In this document: positions 60,968-64,000 of the stretch, piece by piece
How the letters are laid out: each line of letters opens with the position of its first letter
How positions within the stretch are numbered: the first letter of the stretch is position 1
Assembly (NCBI GenBank): GCA_965224485.1
Contig: CBDCZH010000013.1
Location: 32,001-96,000 of the forward strand
DNA: 64,000 bases
Origin: Arcobacteraceae bacterium
Lineage (GTDB): Bacteria; Campylobacterota; Campylobacteria; Campylobacterales; Arcobacteraceae
Reading direction: 5' to 3'
The notes under the pieces: model-generated
The model's input: only the letters and a program-made list of their open reading frames with translations
Told to the model about the DNA's origin: nothing
Database searches by the model: none
Made by a program: the position numbers and the translations under genes

Positions 60968-63089
60968 TAAAAACCTTTTTTTGAAATACTAGTAAAAGCA
61001 TAAGTGCAATAATACCAATACTTGCTATTAAACCTATTGAAAAAAGTGCATTTATTTTAGAAAAAATCAAAACTCCAAATCCCGAAAATGTTGAGAGTAA
61101 AGAGAAAAATATAGCTTTTTTTGTATTAATATCTAGGTTTTTTGAGCTTAAATAAATACCAAAATCTATTGATATTGCCAAAATAATAAATATCATAAAT
61201 ATATGTAAAATATTAAACCTTATAAATAAAGAACTTAGTAAAATTATAGAAAGAGGGAATAAAATAAAATTTATTGCTAATAGATAGTTTTCTTTACATA
61301 TTAAAAAAAGCATTAGAAAAATAAAAATCAAAGTAATACTTCCTAAAAATAGTAAATCCTTATATAAAGAAAATAAAGTTTCTTCAAACATTATTTTAAT
61401 ACTTAAAGGATTTATATAAGGAAGTTTATAAACTTCATTTAGATTTTTTGTACTAATTAAAGCGTAACTTATATATAAATCTTTATATTTTCTAAGTTCA
61501 AAACCATAAGAGTTTATCTCTTCTACTGTATATATAGGAGCAGTCATTTGTTTCTCATAAGCTTGTTTAAAAAAATTGTCACGAAAACCTAAGCGTGTAG
61601 TTTCTTTTTTTATTTGGCTTCTTAAGTTATTTAAATTAAGTTCATTTATTTTTTCACTCTTTTTTTGGAATTGTTTTTTACTTAATAATACTGATATAGG
61701 AATATAAGATGTTATATATTTTTCTTTCAAGTCTTTTGCATTATTTAATAAGTCCTCAATTGATTTTGCTTTTATTAAAACAGTAGTACTTTTTTCTTTT
61801 TGAAGTTTAGTAAAAAAAAAGTTTTCACTATTTTTTAATTTTGTATTTTGAACATCTAAATTCTTAATATCTAAATCAAAATGTACTTCTTTAAAAGTAA
61901 ATAAAATCACAAAAAGTGAAAATAAAGTAATAATATATGGTTTAAAATTTAAATTAAAATTGTAGTATTTATTTTTATTTTCATTCTTTTCTTTTTTAAA
62001 AAATTTTATTTTTGGATATAAAAAAGAGAACTGAACATAAGAGAATAATAAGGAAAAAATAGCAAAATAAGAAATCTGCTTTAATAAATCAAAAGATATA
62101 AAAGATATAATAAAAAAAGCCCCAACAGTTGTTATCATTCCAAAAAAAACATTATAATTAAATGATTTTTTATTTTCATAATATTTATGCATATAATGAT
62201 GAAACATATAATCAACAGCAACAGTAGAAATAGAAATTCCAAATACTAAAACAAAAATTGACAATTCTTTAAAAATAAAAGAAGATAAAAGAAGTGCAAA
62301 AAGAATAGAAGAACTAAGTGTTAAGAGGGTATTAAATAATAGTTTAATATTTTTTAATATAATAAGATACAAAAATATTAAAATAATACTTGATAAGAGT
62401 ATTATCGCATTAACATCACTTTTAATTTCTCTTTGGTTTTCTACAAAATAAAAAATACTAGAGAATAACTTTATTTCATGGTTTCTCTTGTTTCTTATTT
62501 TATAAATACTATCATAGATTCTTTCATATTCTTTTAAACTATTAACTGAATTATTAATAGTAAAAATAGATAAATAGCCATAATCTTTTAAAAATAAATG
62601 AGAGTTTTTTAAGATTTGTTTTGTTTTTTTATCTTTAAGATATAAATTAAAAGGATCACTTTTATCTAAAATAAAAGAAAAATCTGAATTTATTAAGTTT
62701 TTCCTAATTTTATTCAAATCTTTTTTAACATTTAAAGTATTTAATTTTTTTTCGTTTATTCTTAAATTGTATAGTTTAAAACTGTTCTCATACTCTCTTA
62801 AAGAACTGCTTTTAGAAAAAGTATCTAGGTTAAGCCCTTTAATACTAGAAAGTTTTTTTTCTAAGATTTTTAGCTGTTTTAAAGAGTTTTTATCTAAACC
62901 TTTATAGGCTAAAAAAAGTTTTTTACTAGTTTTAAATTTTGAGAATTCCTTTAAAAGTTCTTTGTTATTTGAATTTGGAAGAATTGTTTCTAGTTTTGTA
63001 GAAATATTAGAAAAAGAGTCAAACTTAATAACCAAGAAAAATAGAATAAAAAATATTAAGATATTTATATAGTTACTTATTCTCAACAA
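60957..63089 (-). CDS. MMPL/RND-type lipid exporter (ApeM-like)
   Basis: Two repeats of large periplasmic loop plus TM bundle, AVDY and SIDF motifs, STFSGFGVL. Confidence 0.8.
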   Translation of the reverse strand: MLRISNYINILIFFILFFLVIKFDSFSNISTKLETILPNSNNKELLKEFSKFKTSKKLFLAYKGLDKNSLKQLKILEKKLSSIKGLNLDTFSKSSSLREYENSFKLYNLRINEKKLNTLNVKKDLNKIRKNLINSDFSFILDKSDPFNLYLKDKKTKQILKNSHLFLKDYGYLSIFTINNSVNSLKEYERIYDSIYKIRNKRNHEIKLFSSIFYFVENQREIKSDVNAIILLSSIILIFLYLIILKNIKLLFNTLLTLSSSILFALLLSSFIFKELSIFVLVFGISISTVAVDYMFHHYMHKYYENKKSFNYNVFFGMITTVGAFFIISFISFDLLKQISYFAIFSLLFSYVQFSFLYPKIKFFKKEKNENKNKYYNFNLNFKPYIITLFSLFVILFTFKEVHFDLDIKNLDVQNTKLKNSENFFFTKLQKEKSTTVLIKAKSIEDLLNNAKDLKEKYITSYIPISVLLSKKQFQKKSEKINELNLNNLRSQIKKETTRLGFRDNFFKQAYEKQMTAPIYTVEEINSYGFELRKYKDLYISYALISTKNLNEVYKLPYINPLSIKIMFEETLFSLYKDLLFLGSITLIFIFLMLFLICKENYLLAINFILFPLSIILLSSLFIRFNILHIFMIFIILAISIDFGIYLSSKNLDINTKKAIFFSLLSTFSGFGVLIFSKINALFSIGLIASIGIIALMLLLVFQKKVFNDS

Positions 63090-63552
63090 TAGTAATCCTA
63101 TCTTTATTTATAAAATAAATATTTAAATATTCAAGTTTATTCTTTACTTTTTTAAAAACAATTTTTTTGATTATATTACTTATGTAATCTTTAGGAACTA
63201 AAGTAGTCTCGTCTTCTTTTTTTACTATATTGAAATTATCCTCTAAAGAAGAGTTATTATTTGTAAAAATAGATTTTAGTAAATTATAAAAAAGAAAGAG
63301 TTTAATATTCTTTTCATATGTTAATGTTTCTTTTTGATTTTTATTTAAAATAATTATATTGTTTTTAGTAAAGTTTATAATTTTATTTTCACCAGAGTAT
63401 TGTAGGATTAAATTATCTTCTCTAAAGTTTAGAATACCTATTTTTTTTATACTCATATCAAGTGCATTTATATATTTACTTTGAGTAAATTTAATTTCTT
63501 CTGCATAAAAAAATTCTAATAAAATTAATAGTAAGAATATTATTTTAATCAT
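63073..63552 (-). CDS. LolA-like periplasmic lipid carrier (ApeL-like)
   Basis: Signal peptide, FTQSKYI..L....G, LVPK, DRITI. Confidence 0.65.
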   Translation of the reverse strand: MIKIIFLLLILLEFFYAEEIKFTQSKYINALDMSIKKIGILNFREDNLILQYSGENKIINFTKNNIIILNKNQKETLTYEKNIKLFLFYNLLKSIFTNNNSSLEDNFNIVKKEDETTLVPKDYISNIIKKIVFKKVKNKLEYLNIYFINKDRITIVENK

Positions 63553-64000
63553 CTATTTCCTTAAAAAAGAATACTTTTTTATGAATAACTTGAATTATTC
63601 CACTTAATATGAAAATAAAATACCAGCCAAATGAGGAATAAACTAGCCAATATGCTATATCTTCATTTAGAAAAACATATATGTGCAAAAAAACATTAAG
63701 AATAGAGGCAAAAGACCAATAAAGTGTAGATTTTTGAATATATTCTTTTTCTTTGTTATTAACTTTTTTCTTGATTTTATCTAAAAATAGAAAAATAAAA
63801 GAATTATTTGAAAAATAACTATAAAACATAAATAAAGATATTAATAAAGATATTAAAAGTGGTAAGCCCTTTAAAAATAAAAAACTATTTAAAAAATATG
63901 CAAGTATTGAAATGCATAAGTAAAAAGCAGGAAAAATAAGTTCTTTTTTTGTTTTCTTTAAAAGAATAATAAACCAAAGTAATGAAAAAATAAAAATAAA
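63545..64000 (-). CDS. Membrane protein (ApeG-like), 5' end beyond the window
   Basis: Frame of the 63545-63829 ORF is open to 64000; hydrophobic, KSTLYW, WLVYS..GWY. Confidence 0.6.
   Translation of the reverse strand, partial: FIFIFSLLWFIILLKKTKKELIFPAFYLCISILAYFLNSFLFLKGLPLLISLLISLFMFYSYFSNNSFIFLFLDKIKKKVNNKEKEYIQKSTLYWSFASILNVFLHIYVFLNEDIAYWLVYSSFGWYFIFILSGIIQVIHKKVFFFKEIDD

Overview
AT-rich chromosomal window from a Campylobacterota bacterium, most consistent with Arcobacteraceae (inferred from gene style and gene order). Most genes are housekeeping or metabolic: metH, luxS, tctCBA, rplM-rpsI, the pstSCAB-phoU-phoBR phosphate locus, an amino-acid ABC transporter, prfA, glmM-lspA, leuC, mobA, thrS-infC-rpmI-rplT, and the edge of an aryl-polyene/flexirubin-like lipid cluster. 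There is no CRISPR array, integrase, transposase or tRNA/rRNA. The most interesting signals are five. (1) A conserved 18-bp box lies exactly 10 nt upstream of the -10 element in three promoters, linking a tripartite tricarboxylate transporter, a TauE/TSUP exporter and a carbonic anhydrase around a two-component system. (2) An unannotated ~73-nt sRNA candidate carries an anti-SD/anti-AUG seed. (3) A GC-rich 54-bp hairpin tandem array sits inside the pst operon. (4) A TorA/TorC-type operon is followed by a response regulator, a family-5 solute-binding protein and a histidine kinase; this block (5.7-11.3 kb) is full of frameshifts, probably sequencing errors. (5) Several degenerate enzymes and structured intergenic elements are present.
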